This document shows positions 52,123 to 64,000 of a DNA stretch of 64,000 nucleotides, in pieces (the first letter of the stretch is position 1; every line of letters begins with the position of its first letter). The DNA comes from Lama guanicoe (taxonomy: Eukaryota). The notes beneath the pieces are model-generated. The model was not told the origin of the DNA, did not search any database, and worked only from the letters and a program-made list of their open reading frames with translations. Position numbers and translations under genes: made by a program. The stretch is from positions 21,021,280 to 21,085,279 of the forward strand of contig MU054187.1 in the NCBI GenBank assembly GCA_013239625.1, given 5' to 3'.

Positions 52123-53197
52123 TGCTACTGAGTCACACTTGGCTTGCTGGCACGCAGTAAGGCCAAGATGTTAACCCCCTGAAAAGAAAAAGACTCTGGT
52201 TCTTGTCATACCTGAAGGGTAAGTTTACAGTTGGGAGACAGAGTGCATTGTGTAGTGAAAGATTTTAAAAGATTTATTTAGAAAAGGAAAAGTACACCCC
52301 CCTGAGAACTGGGGGCAGGCCAATCCAAGGGAGGAAAAGTGGCGGTTTTTGTCCCGCCTTTCTCTTATACCCTCGCTTAGAGGTAGTCTTTTGATTGATT
52401 GATGGCTCTTGTCCCTGGAATGCTGAGTCACATTTGGCCCCTTTGAGCACGCCCTTACCCATGATGCAGACAGAAAAACCCTTGGGGTGGGGGCGGGGCT
52501 TAAATCTCAATGTTAATTATAATGCAAGGAACATTGCGTTGTGTCCGGCTAAGTCCTTTCTGCTACTGTGCAGTCGTGGCTGTCAGGTTCTAACTGGTTT
52601 CTTGCTGGCATAGCCTTTATTGTGGGTGCCAAACAAGAAGTGTGGGATGCTGATGCTCAAAAAACCCAAACTCCCCAATGGGTTTCAGGGAAGCATTTTT
52701 AAAGGCAAGTTGAGGGAGGAGAGTCACAGGGTATGTGATCAGTGTACAATTCTCTGATTGATTGATGGAGAAGTGACAGCGTGGTATCACAGGGGTTAAC
52801 ATTATCAATCCTCAGGCCCCAGCTGGTCTGGGGGCTACATGGTCATGGTCATTATATAGTTAACTTCTTCCATTTGGTGGGGATTTTAGCATCTATAAAA
52901 ACGTCTCAGGAAATGGGCATCAGGTACTTTTATCTAGGTACTTCAGGGAGGAACTAAAGATTCCGTGTCTGCCATATGGCTGATTTACTGTTTAAATCGT
53001 TACCTATTCTCCTGGGCCCAGCTGCTTTTTTGTCACTGCCTGTTCACAGCCTTTCAGTCATTAATTCCCGAGCTAGGCTTTTGTGACTCAGGGGAGGCCT
53101 GGGAGACTCCAGCTTTTCTACAAGCAAGAAGCAAGCAGGGAACATGGTTGGGGATGTTCCATCTCAGGAAGGCCCTGGAGGGTGCTGCTTGGTTACA
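52123..53197 (-). mobile_element. ERV1-class solo LTR (MER41-group-like), interrupted by a second LTR
   Basis: tgctactg...ggttaca termini with 4-bp TSD TAAG (52119-52122 and 53198-53201). Confidence 0.8.
52169..52610 (-). mobile_element. Nested LTR, same family as 20425-20977, 5'-truncated
   Basis: Reverse complement shares collinear blocks with the 20425 LTR (ccagttagaa, cattataat, gggcgtgc, tcaatcaatca, tataaga, ttggcctgcc, ggtgtact, terminal taaca). Confidence 0.8.
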
Positions 53198-53204
53198 TAA
53201 GGTG

Positions 53205-53465
53205 TGGAAACCCATTTAAGGGTTATATATGAGCAGAGAAATGTGATATGGAACTTTGCAGTCTTATAAAGATATCAGTGCAGAATTTTAGAAAATGGAG
53301 TGGCGTTGAGGAGAGGTGATGTGATCTGGTGGAGGTTTAATGGGGGAGATAGGGGAAAAGGAAGAATAATTATTTAATGCAACATACAAGACTTAAATAG
53401 TGGAATATATGGACATGAGATGCATTGAAGCAGGAGACTCAGCAGATTTGTGCAGCAAAGTGATT
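53205..53465 (-). mobile_element. L2 fragment
   Basis: gagcagagaaatgtgatatg...gaagcaggagactcagcagatttg. Confidence 0.45.
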
Positions 53466-54204
53466 GTAGGGTCTGGGGCGCCCCTAGGGAATTAATATGC
53501 ATGAACTAATTTTCACCAGAATAGAGTGCATTTGAGAATTCTGGAAAGAGGATTATTTTCTGTCCAGATTCTTGTAGGGAGCGTCAGGGATGCTAGATAG
53601 CCATGGTGTCAGTTTCTTAACCCCGCTGTAATGACCAGGTCAAAGCCTTAGGGGAAAAAAAGGAGGACTGGTAAGGAAAAGTAAAATGTGCTTTTGCATG
53701 AGGCACTAGATGACACAGGTATCAGTGCTTCAGTACACGGGTGACAGTGTGTGGCCAGAGTTTGGGTTAGCAGCCTTCTCAGCCATTCCTGTGCACAATG
53801 AAATCTGGCTGTGGCACAATGAGAAGGGAAGTCAGCCTGTTTGGCTGCTTAAGGATGAACAGCTTTTGGAAAACAGGAGACAGCACCAGAAGGAGGGGAC
53901 CCTGTTCTATAAAGAGCACTGGCAGGAGACACCACTGCAGGGAGTCCTCCAGATCCCTCTGAGGCAGTGAGCAGTCACAGGGGTTTCGAGGCAGAGTCAT
54001 AAGAAACAACTGAGCAGGAATTTATACTGGAGGCACTCCCAGAAATAATTTGGGAGACTTGGAGAATCTTAAGAGGTTGGGTGGGGGGGAGTCTATGAAC
54101 CAGAGAAACTGAATATTAATATGAACATGATTTCATTTTTACCAACTTTCTGTTGAGGTTAGGGAACACTCAGGGTACATTTTCACTTATAATAATAAAT
54201 TATC

Positions 54205-54352
54205 CTCTATAGTGTCTCTTCCACTAAAATGTAATCTGACTGATGGTTGAAGGAGTGACATATTGATGTGTCTGTCTTTGTAATAACACAGCACCTGGCA
54301 CATATTAGGAACAAAATAAATGTGAGCTCAATGAATGAATAAATGAAGGAAT
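54205..54352 (+). mobile_element. L2 3' end
   Basis: cacagcacctggcacatattagg...aataaatgt...aatgaatgaataaatgaa. Confidence 0.75.
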
Positions 54353-56949
54353 TAGAGACACAAGATACAGTTGTTATTCAAATGACCTTATTTAAGTAGG
54401 ATAAAATGTGTTCTGTTATTTCACCTTGCTTAAAAATAGACTGAGTTAAAATTTAGTGACGAAGAGCTGCATTATAAACAGGGCAGAAAAAGCATTTCCA
54501 GATAACATTTAATAGCTTTACAAGTGTGTTTTAATGAACTTTAAGATATAGCTTCCCCTGTAATTGCTAACAACTGTGTTGTTGTAGGTTGAAGATCGCG
54601 CATGCTTATCAAAGGTCCTATTGACTTATACTTGTTCTGTTTATTGATTACTTAATTAGTTTTCCAAGATAGCTAATCAGGGAGACATGTAGGTATTTAG
54701 GAGTCTTTCATTAGACCAGGCTAAGAAATTTAAAACAGAAACGTGTGACCTGAAATTCAAGCTTTGTAATGGCGGAACTCCCACGGACCATGGATGGAAT
54801 GTCAAACTCAATCCTGAGTGAAATAGTTACAGTTTAATATTTCTGTTGTCTGCTTCAGAATAATAATGTTTTCTTTTTGGTGCATTGGATAGAGAAAGAT
54901 ATCACATGTATGCATCTGTGGTTGCAACTGGTATTTTAATTTCCATCTGAATCCTAGTTTAGCAGAAGTAAATGCACATTTCTCTGGCCAGGATATGAAA
55001 CACATTTCTGTTCTGACACTTCCTCTTTTTATTAGAAATATATTGATAAAATATAAAATTCATCATGTCTTTTTCATGTTGTAAAGTTGTATTTTAAAAT
55101 TCATATCAATTTTGTATTTCTGGTCACTTACTAACTAATGTAATATAATGTGACATTAGTGAAATCTTCTACCAAGGAGTTCTTTAACTTCGGTTACTTC
55201 TTTTGAAAATCAGTTCTCTCTCTTTTTCTAATCAGTTCAAAACCACTAGCACATTTAAATCATATTCTTCTCGTTCTGTGTGAAATAAATTCCTACAAAT
55301 ATTTTTGCTGTGTTTTAAAAAGGAATGACTTCTGATTTTATGCTTTTCTCACAGTTGCACAAGTTTTTAAAGAAAAGTTGTAGGATTATTTTGCTCCTTC
55401 AACATAACTGTACATTTTGTTAGATGGCTTGGTGCCTTATTTTTCTTAATATTAAAGTGTATCACAATACATCAGAATAGATGGGGTTATGCATTAATGA
55501 AAGCAGAATGTTAATGGTGTGCAATTAGCCTGTGGTTTGAACTATGTACCTTGAGATAAGAACAGTTATTCTAGAGAATTCTAGATGCTGCCTTGACTTA
55601 TGGCAAACTCAGTAAACAGTTTCTGATCTTAGGATTTTTATGTACTAGTGATGACAGCTTTTATTGTCAAGTTACATTATTTTTTTATTAAAACTATTTT
55701 TCATAAGACTTTCGGGAAGCAAAAGTTACAGAGCTGATCTGTGAAAAGTACTTGAACCTAACAGAGTGAGAAATTGAGATGATAAAACTAGAAGATAGCT
55801 TTAGTTTTTCTGTTTGAAACTTGAGACCTCAGAGATATATGAATCATTGAGTAAAAAAAAAAGCCACTCATTTATTCATTCTTTCATCCAAGCATATAAC
55901 CAGTATTTATTAAGCTTATAATATTTGCTCATGAGAAAATTGAATCAGGAGAGCTTTTTGTTTCAGGGTAAATTGTTTTCATTTAAAAATTCTTAACATG
56001 AAGTAATAAAAGACGTATATACCTCTAGCTGTCACCGATTCCTTCCGTTAATAATTCATCTAGTCATTCAGCTGATACTTGTTCAGCAACAGATGCTCAT
56101 TTACATAAAATAAGAAACAATATGTTCAGGAATTGGAGATGAAAAATGCATAGTTATTTAGAAAATATCAATGAACTTTATTTTAGTGGAATATATATGG
56201 GGCAGCTAGAAAAAAGATCTGTAGAGTTTTAATTGTGTAAAATGTGAGGAAAAGGAACAGAAGTTGCATGCCAAAGAAGCAAATGAAAAGAAAAAAAAAG
56301 TGCACGTTTTCCAACTTCTTGGAATTGTACTTGTTTATTTTCTGTTATTTATAGATAATTTAGGAGGGTAAATTTGGATTCATAATGTGTAATGTGTCAT
56401 GTTAGTCTTATTAAAAAGCTTCTAGTCCACCTTCTAGTCCCATTCTTACTCTTTCTCCATTAATGGTAAGGAAACCACGCTGGCTGGTAATTGAATATGA
56501 TAATGATCGTTCATCCCAGGTGTTGACATGGCCTCCTTTACTGCATAGTTCCACACCAGTGGGATGGTTTGAATTGGGAAACTGAAGGTAAAGTAAAATA
56601 TTAATGAGAAATGAAGGAAGAGATGCTACAATCTGTAGGGGAAGAAAATGGGAGAAGAGTGTATAGTTCTAGTGCCTCAAGGGAGAGAGATTTTCCAAAA
56701 CATGTAAACTTTCTCAGTGGCAAAAATTATTCCACCAGGGTTCAAAATAAATCTTAGAGTCTGTGACTATGCCCAAGTTGGATTTCTTAAGCATATATTT
56801 TATTTGTGATGCATTTTTAAGGACACTTTTATAAGTAATAAATAAAAAGAAAAATTTGGTTTCCAAGGTGAAATTTTGGATGGTAGGTTGATGTTGGAAG
56901 CCTATCTGCTTGGCTAAGTGTTTTTAGACTATCTTCCAACAAGCATAGG

Positions 56950-57190
56950 TCGAGATTTGGGGCTGTAGACGGTTCAGTGGTCCTCCTCTTTGTCCTCTCT
57001 GCAGGGCCAGTGCACCCATCCCCAGTGGCCTGGGATACCAATGGTACCTCACTTCACCTTTAGGAAACTGCCTGGGCCAAGGGTAAACCTCCACTCAGGG
57101 GACAGCCGATAGCCACACAGCAGCTGATGCAGCTCCAGGACCCCTTGCTTCGGTTCCGCTGAAGGACCTACCACTGCTTGGCAGTGAAGA
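56950..57190 (+). mobile_element. LTR16-like ERVL LTR fragment
   Basis: GC-richer island with ccaagggtaaacctccactcaggggacagcc...ctgaaggacc. Confidence 0.4.
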
Positions 57191-58299
57191 ACATTGGAAA
57201 TGGACACTCAGCACAACGGATTTGAGGATTAAGGGTCCTGGACAAAGATGAAGGACAAAGTCTTCCCATAACTCTGAAAGACTTGTCCTACAAAAGCAGA
57301 ATCCTTATCCTCAGGGGAATAAGTTGAATTACTTGAGTTCTGTATTCTGGTGCTAAGATCAGGATTAAGAAAACTGGGGAAAGAAACCTGAGTTACCCTG
57401 AGGGAACATTTTCCAATCTTAGCATGTACATCATGGATATGGAAAGAGTTAGATGATGTGAAAGCCTTCTATCCACCTGAGCGGATGCAGGAAGAGTGAC
57501 AGGTTCCATTACAGTATCTACTTGAGCAAAGCTGGCTTACCTAACTCCTTCAGAAGCAGCAACGAAAGCTTGAGGTCACCAATGAATGGAGAACTCACGC
57601 TGGCCACTGTCCTGATAATTTGCATTCAGTACAAAAGGAGGAAGAGTGATCTTTCTGTGAGTTAGGAAGAACACAGAAACTGCTTTCCAAAATTTCTCTG
57701 TGCATTCATATGGAGAGTAGACTTGCCTTTTTTCCTTCTCTTTTGATTCAGCCACTAGTGAGTATACTTCAGCCTGGCCTATAATGTGATAAAGCAATCT
57801 CTAAATCCACCTGGAGAGGGGTTTTTGCTTTACAACCTAGGAAAATACAAGCAATGAGTCTGCGATCAAAAAAATACAAAAAAATTAGAAAGTCTTCCCT
57901 TCTCAATTCCAGCTCATATATTTTCATTCTTCACAGCCAAAATTTAAAAAATGCATAACTGTATATATTTTGAAAGTAAATTTCTTGTGATTAAAGTGAT
58001 ACTAATTAAAAATGACATTGAGAACAAACATTCCCTCTTTATCATTCAGAAAATTCCTCAAGGCCAGAAGGAGAATAGAAAACAAACTTCTAATTACATT
58101 TTTTGGTGACAGTACATTAGAAGGGCTGCCAAACACGTGGAGAGTGAGAAGAGAATGAAGAAGGAAGAGCAGTGAGGACCTCCGCAGTGTGCATCTCAGA
58201 GAGCCAGTCAGGTTCACTTTGCAAAGGTGCTGGGCACATTCTGAGACACAAGATCAGATCCTTCATTTGAAGAAGTCAGAATAGGGTGCATTGACTCAA

Positions 58300-61200
58300 G
58301 TCAGGAACTTCCCAGAATATAGTTTGTTTCCCACAGAGGATGGGGATAAATAAAGAATATGCATGTAAGCGTTTTTTTTTTTTAGGAAGAAGTCTGTCTC
58401 CATTGCAGGGGGAATAAGAAAGTCCTTGAGTTGTGAAAAAAAATTAATTGCCTATCTCCATTAGCTGTTAATAAATAAAGGCTTATTGAACCTCAACCCA
58501 AAACTCTAGGTAAGAAAAAAAATCCCACTCATTTTGAGCCATGACTCTGATCCCTCCTGAATACAAACCACATATAAATAGATCAGCAAGGAGAAACTCC
58601 AGACACTTAACAATGAATAATCAAAAAGGAACCAACAAAATGTACAAAGATTCTGCTAAAAAAAAACAAGAAATGAGCATAAGAGGCAGAAAACACAGAA
58701 AATAAACGTGGCCACATAGCAGAGAAAAATTTTGACCATCTTGCCAAAAATGTTGACCGTCCTGCCAAAAATCTTACGCGTCTATGCATCTACGAACAAG
58801 TAGCAAATGGAGAGATACAGAAGCTCATGGAATATGTGAAAAAAATAAGAGACATTATTATTACATGTTGTCTTTGAAAAATCTAAAACAGTCTTCCCTC
58901 CCTCCCAGGTTTTTTCATGCCATTGATTTGTTGGATGCTGGTACTTTTTAAGATCTCTTCCTAAAGTGGTCAACAGAAGGTTTCAGACAATGGCCAAATA
59001 GTCCCTGAATGGTTTGATGACTGCAGGTGGCCAGTCATGCCACCCAGAATGAGGGAGAAAGCTGTGTGCTTTTCAGATAGTTTATACACGCCAGACAATC
59101 AAGGTATAGCAACTGTCCCCACCCAAAAGCAATCGTAAGAGGCTAATGATTGTAAGATGTCATGGACTTTAATAATCCACCCCAATTTTTGGTATGTTAA
59201 AAATGTGAAAAAAAGTACATCTTAAAATGGACAGAATCTGTTAAAATGACCTGTCAGAACCAAGACAACTATTTGTGATATAAATAAATAAATATGGATT
59301 AGATAAGGATTAAAAGAAAAAAATGTTATATTTAATCATAAGTCAAAGCTCAATTTTGTCCTTTGAACAACAGCTACTTCTATAATAAGGTGACTCTTAG
59401 TGATTAATAATATAACCACGATAATAAGAATGTGGGCATAGAAAAATACAAATACCAATAAATACATCAAAGACTGTTAAATCACCAAATGTTGAATTAA
59501 GGCTAATAATTGCTAATTGACAGACAATTATAATGTGAAAGGATACATAACACAGTGAAAGTATAGCAGTTATAGTGACTTTGTATACAAACACTATAGC
59601 ATAAATCCATGAAAAACATTCATAAAAGCAAAATCCATATAAGAAGGAATTAAGTAGAAGAGAATCACATTATTAGTAACTTTAATTTACCTGTCTCAGT
59701 CTGATACATTAAACAAAAATAGAAAATGTCTAAATAATATTGTTAAATAGGAGCATTAAATTATTATTTCTATACTACAATAGCTTAAATAGATCTGATA
59801 TACCTTCTACTTCGTATCAGTGGAAAATGAATAGGAATTGGTAACATAGATTGTACATTCTTAATTAGTCAAAGTAGAAGTATGCAGAAAGCATTCTTTA
59901 ATAACACATTAAAACAAGAAATTATTAACATTAAAGAGTGACCACTTTTGTATTAAAATTTTAAAAAATGATTGATAAAAAAACTTGTATTTAAAAAATT
60001 AATCCTACAATAAAATCTGGTAGAAGTTCCAGAAAATTAATAACTGGTTAATGGGAAATATCTAAATTGTTGGAATGGAGGCAGGAAGCTCAGAGATATG
60101 TTCACACGCCTAAACATGTATATTAGTAAAAAACACAAAAAATGAATTAAATATATTTAGCATCTAATTTATGAGAAAAATAGACTTAAGAAAAGTAGGA
60201 GACATTAATAAAGGTAAAATTGGAAGATAATGAATTGAAAAAGAAAAACAATAAAATTTTTAAAAAGAGAAATCTCAATGCCATTTTTGAAAGAAAAAAA
60301 TTGGCTCACCTAATTAAGAAAAATGGAAAAATGCACTATGAGAAAAAAATAAGTAACAGGAGGGAAATAATCAGACACAAAGATGAAAATGTTAATATAT
60401 ACATATACTATTCCATATATATTACAGATTATATATATTTAAATATGCAATATAATGTTTTCCAGGTATATGGTCATCATCTTTGCAAATAATGATGAGT
60501 TAAGTGAAAAATATACCAAGACAATAAACAGAAAAGCTATTATAAACAATGAAAGAACTTAGCAAGTAAAATAACTTTTTCTATTCATAAACAACATAAT
60601 TTGAACATAGAATGATAAAAAAAGATTCCTTTTAACTCTACTAGCAAAACCAAAATACTGCAGATAATCTTATAAAAGTGTGCAAGACTTATATGAAGGT
60701 TATTCTATATATTTGGATGATTGAATCTACAAAAGAGGACTTATCTGTAAATCTCTGAAATTCCCATGATCCCAGTAAAATTCCATGGAGATTTTGTTTT
60801 AGTAACTGATGGCATTATTTCTAAATAAAATAATAAAACTAGAGTAAAAAGCTAAAAGAAAAAAAAATTAGGAAGTGAAGAGTAATGAGGGGAAACCAGC
60901 CTGACTAAATACTGTGATTTATTATAAAGCTGCAGTCATTTGAGAAATGTGATACTGTATATACATGTAGAGAGACTGCTGGAACAGCAAAGCAAAAATA
61001 AAACAAAAACAGACATAGAGAAAATACATACAGGAATTTAGTATCAAATATAAGTGACATTCAGATTGGATAGGTTACGCAATAAATGATGTTGGACAAT
61101 CTTGTATCTACCAGGAAAAAAATAAATTTGGGCCATGTGTAATACCTTAAACCCTCAACCTTCCAAGTTGAGCAAAATACACACACACACACACACATAA

Positions 61201-62240
61201 TTAAAAGAAAAGTCAAGAAACCAGGAAAATATTAGAAGAAAAATAACTTATAGACATATATATGTCTATATAACATATATATGTGTGCATACATTCAAAT
61301 GTGTACAAAACTTTGTAAATATGTTATAAATCTATAACCCAATTGAAAAATTATATGTATAAGCTTTTACAAAAATTCTGCAGATGCATCGCTATTAAGG
61401 AAAATACAATGATAAAAGTGAAAGACCATGATACATATTTTCCTAAGATGCATATAAAGAGCTCATATAGGTTCATAAGAAAAAGATGAAACATTTAATA
61501 GAAAAATAGGTTAAAGATCTGAGCTAACAGTGCACAAAGAATAAATAGCTCTTAAACATATCAAATGGCTTTAAAGTCACTGTCTGGTGTGTGGCTTTGG
61601 AGAGGCAGGTGTTCTCATGCACAGCTAGAAAGAAATGTGTAAGCCATTATTGAAATTACCATGCATATATAAGAATTTTCCTATAGGTACATTTCCATAT
61701 ATGTAACAGTGTGTAGACTAAAATTTATTCACTTGATATTATTTGTGATAACAAAACGTTGGAAACAAATTAAATGTCCTTCAACAAAGAAGTAAATTAC
61801 AGTCTATTTATATAATCCATCTAAGATTTTCCCTATACTGATATTCCCATATGTATAAGAGAACAGTGATTAAGTAATTTATAGTCTACGCTATAGAATA
61901 GTGGAGACCTTTATAAAGAATTGAGGAGATTTTTATGTGCTGATGTGGGATGATCTCCCAGTTATATTAAATGGTATGCCAACAGTGTGTTTACTAGTTT
62001 TATATCATCTGTATAAAACCATTTGTATAAAAAAGAGGCAAAGAATATTTATTCGTATTTGTTGAATATGTCAAAATATATTCCTAAATTTATATAGAAG
62101 AGACTGATACAGTTTGCAGTATGTGGGAAGAGGACTTGCAGATTTGAGGGAGGATTGTATGTTAAGGAGACTTAAAATGGGTGCCATTTTCTACCTCCTA
62201 AATTTTGAACCATGTCATTTTACCTTACTTTAGACAAAAT
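58300..62240 (+). mobile_element. Ancient, highly degraded L1 (L1ME-like) with ORF2 remnants and 3'UTR
   Basis: A-rich strand; ORF2-like remnant at ~60880-60960 (gagtaatgaggggaaaccagcctgac...tattataaagctgcagtcatt...gtgatactg); 3'UTR motifs ttggaaacaaattaaatgtcc, gatgatctcccag, ttttgaaccatgt. Confidence 0.7.
59145..59242. mobile_element. MER104-like Tc2/mariner relic
   Basis: gattgtaagatg...atgttaaaaatgtgaaaaaaagtacatcttaaaat. Confidence 0.5.
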
Positions 62241-64000
62241 AATGAAGATTATTAATTAATTAAGATTAATTTCAGAGGAATCTACACACCAATCAAAATT
62301 GGTTGAATTAGCTGACCAATTTCTTGTTAATCTAAGCCTAGTTACATAGACTTTGCATATGAAAGTACAATGAGGATTTTCGTAGCCTTTTTATGGACTA
62401 TAAGTCAAGAGCATAGGATAGTCCACTAGCTGCATATTTATAGCCAATTCTGCATATTTAACCTGAATGAGAAATTGCCTATCTTCTGCTATCCTGTTGC
62501 CTGGCAAAAGTTTTTTCTGAATAAGGGCACAAATACTGTATAGACTATCTCCTTGAATTTTTAAATTGAATGGAAATTATAGGTTGCCTTGATAATAGTT
62601 CATTGAATATTGGAGTAAGAGATCTCTTTTAGCGTAATTGATGAAGTTTAGTAAAATTACCTGACTGAAATATATGAATCTAATACTTTGTAAAAATTAC
62701 TATTTTCAGTTTGGGGAATTGCCCATGCATGTGATTACTGATGTATATAAAATCTGTGTCTTTTATTTTGCTAACTTAGAAGACCCAGATAGTCATACAT
62801 TTACAAAGTCCTTTGAACTCATGTTTCTCTCACAGTTTTGCCAAAGCCATCTTTACTTTGATTTCCCTGAAATTACTAGAAACCTCTTGTTAATCAATTT
62901 GCTCTCCAGCATCTCTGTCCTAAGAGTGCCTACGTGCTTGGTTTGCAATTTACATTTGCAATTTCCAGAAATTTTCTGGCTAAGACAGACATGGCAAGTT
63001 ACTGGTGGTGTTCCTTTCTAGAACCATATTTCATGTGTTCTGAATCATTCATTAGACTTCTCTCAAAAGGTATCTGAGGAATATTCTGCTCAAAAATGAG
63101 AAAGATGAGAAAGGTAAATTACTTAGTTTCCATAAGTTTGGTCAAATTACTATTAATACTTTTGTTTACATGTTTTATTAGTTGGTATAGAAAACTAGGT
63201 AGAAAATTAGGAAAGATGGTTTTTATTCATTACATGTACATCCTGGTACAGTTAGAGTAAAAGCTAAATCTTAAGTGATTTATTGTTTTGTTCAATATCC
63301 TTTCTACAGTTTGCTTAAACATTCTTAAATTTAACTGCAGTTGTTTTTCCTGTGGACCTATTTATTTTTTTATTTCAGCATATTCAAAGGTTTCTTCTCA
63401 TTCTCTACCCATAAATTCAATGATATAAACTCAGCATCTCTCAAGGATTTGAAATTTAAAAGACTCATCCACTTCTTTATATCTAGAATCTTTATCAGTC
63501 TCCTTATGACTAGGTAAAAACGAGGCACAGGTGAGGGATTCCCAGTGTCCGCAGAGGAAATAATATGCTAGACCCTTTTAAAAATAAAACATAATTTGAA
63601 GTTACTAGAGAGCTTCATTTTTTGTGTGTGTGATCATTTGCTAAGCATGATTTTAGTTATGGATCTGATTAATTTTGAATAGCACACAGTAATTAAAATT
63701 TAATAACACTTCATTTAATTAGGTTAGGTATTCTCAAAAGCACTCCAAAGCTCGATTTTATAATTCATAGAAGCAAAAATACCCACTTCTCGTTCATCGT
63801 AATGATCCCATATTAAGTGGAATAGAGTGAGAACTGGAGGGATGAAACATGTGTCAGTCAGTACCAAAAATTATTTCGTGGTGTTTTAGCTACACATAAT
63901 CCTTGGCTCCTAAATTAACTCATCTTTTACAACATAAGATACAGTTAGAGATTGAAGACAGTGTTAGATGCTAGGGGCAAGGCAAAGATGAGTAAAACAG

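Noticed and set aside
53710..54009. Overlapping 86-aa and 76-aa ORFs in a GC-richer patch
   Set aside because: No recognisable homology or splice structure; possibly an old LTR relic
59200..61500. Functional L1 ORF2
   Set aside because: Broken by stops, deletions and insertions; fossil only

Overview
AT-rich, CpG-depleted mammalian non-coding DNA dominated by interspersed repeats: L1, L2, CR1/L3, MIR, MaLR/ERVL/ERV1 solo LTRs and DNA-transposon relics. A tRNA-Ala-derived SINE of the vic-1 type at ~37.25 kb points to a camelid host (camel, llama or alpaca). I could not support any protein-coding gene, RNA gene, CRISPR array or prokaryotic system. The supplied ORFs are short and mostly lie in repeats or low-complexity sequence. 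The window looks like a large intron (possibly of a + strand gene) or intergenic DNA. The best sequence-level observations are: (1) a young solo LTR (9054-9569, 5-bp TSD) with a near-perfect 92-bp tandem duplication carrying CCAAT and ETS motifs; (2) an LTR nested in another LTR (52123-53197); (3) a sense-oriented LTR with a polyA signal just behind a strong splice acceptor (20350-20977); (4) a candidate 62-nt exon (50629-50690); (5) a ~189-bp local duplication inside an old L2. Repeat family names come from recalled consensus features, not a database search. Boundaries without TSDs are approximate. I found no convincing new biological system.
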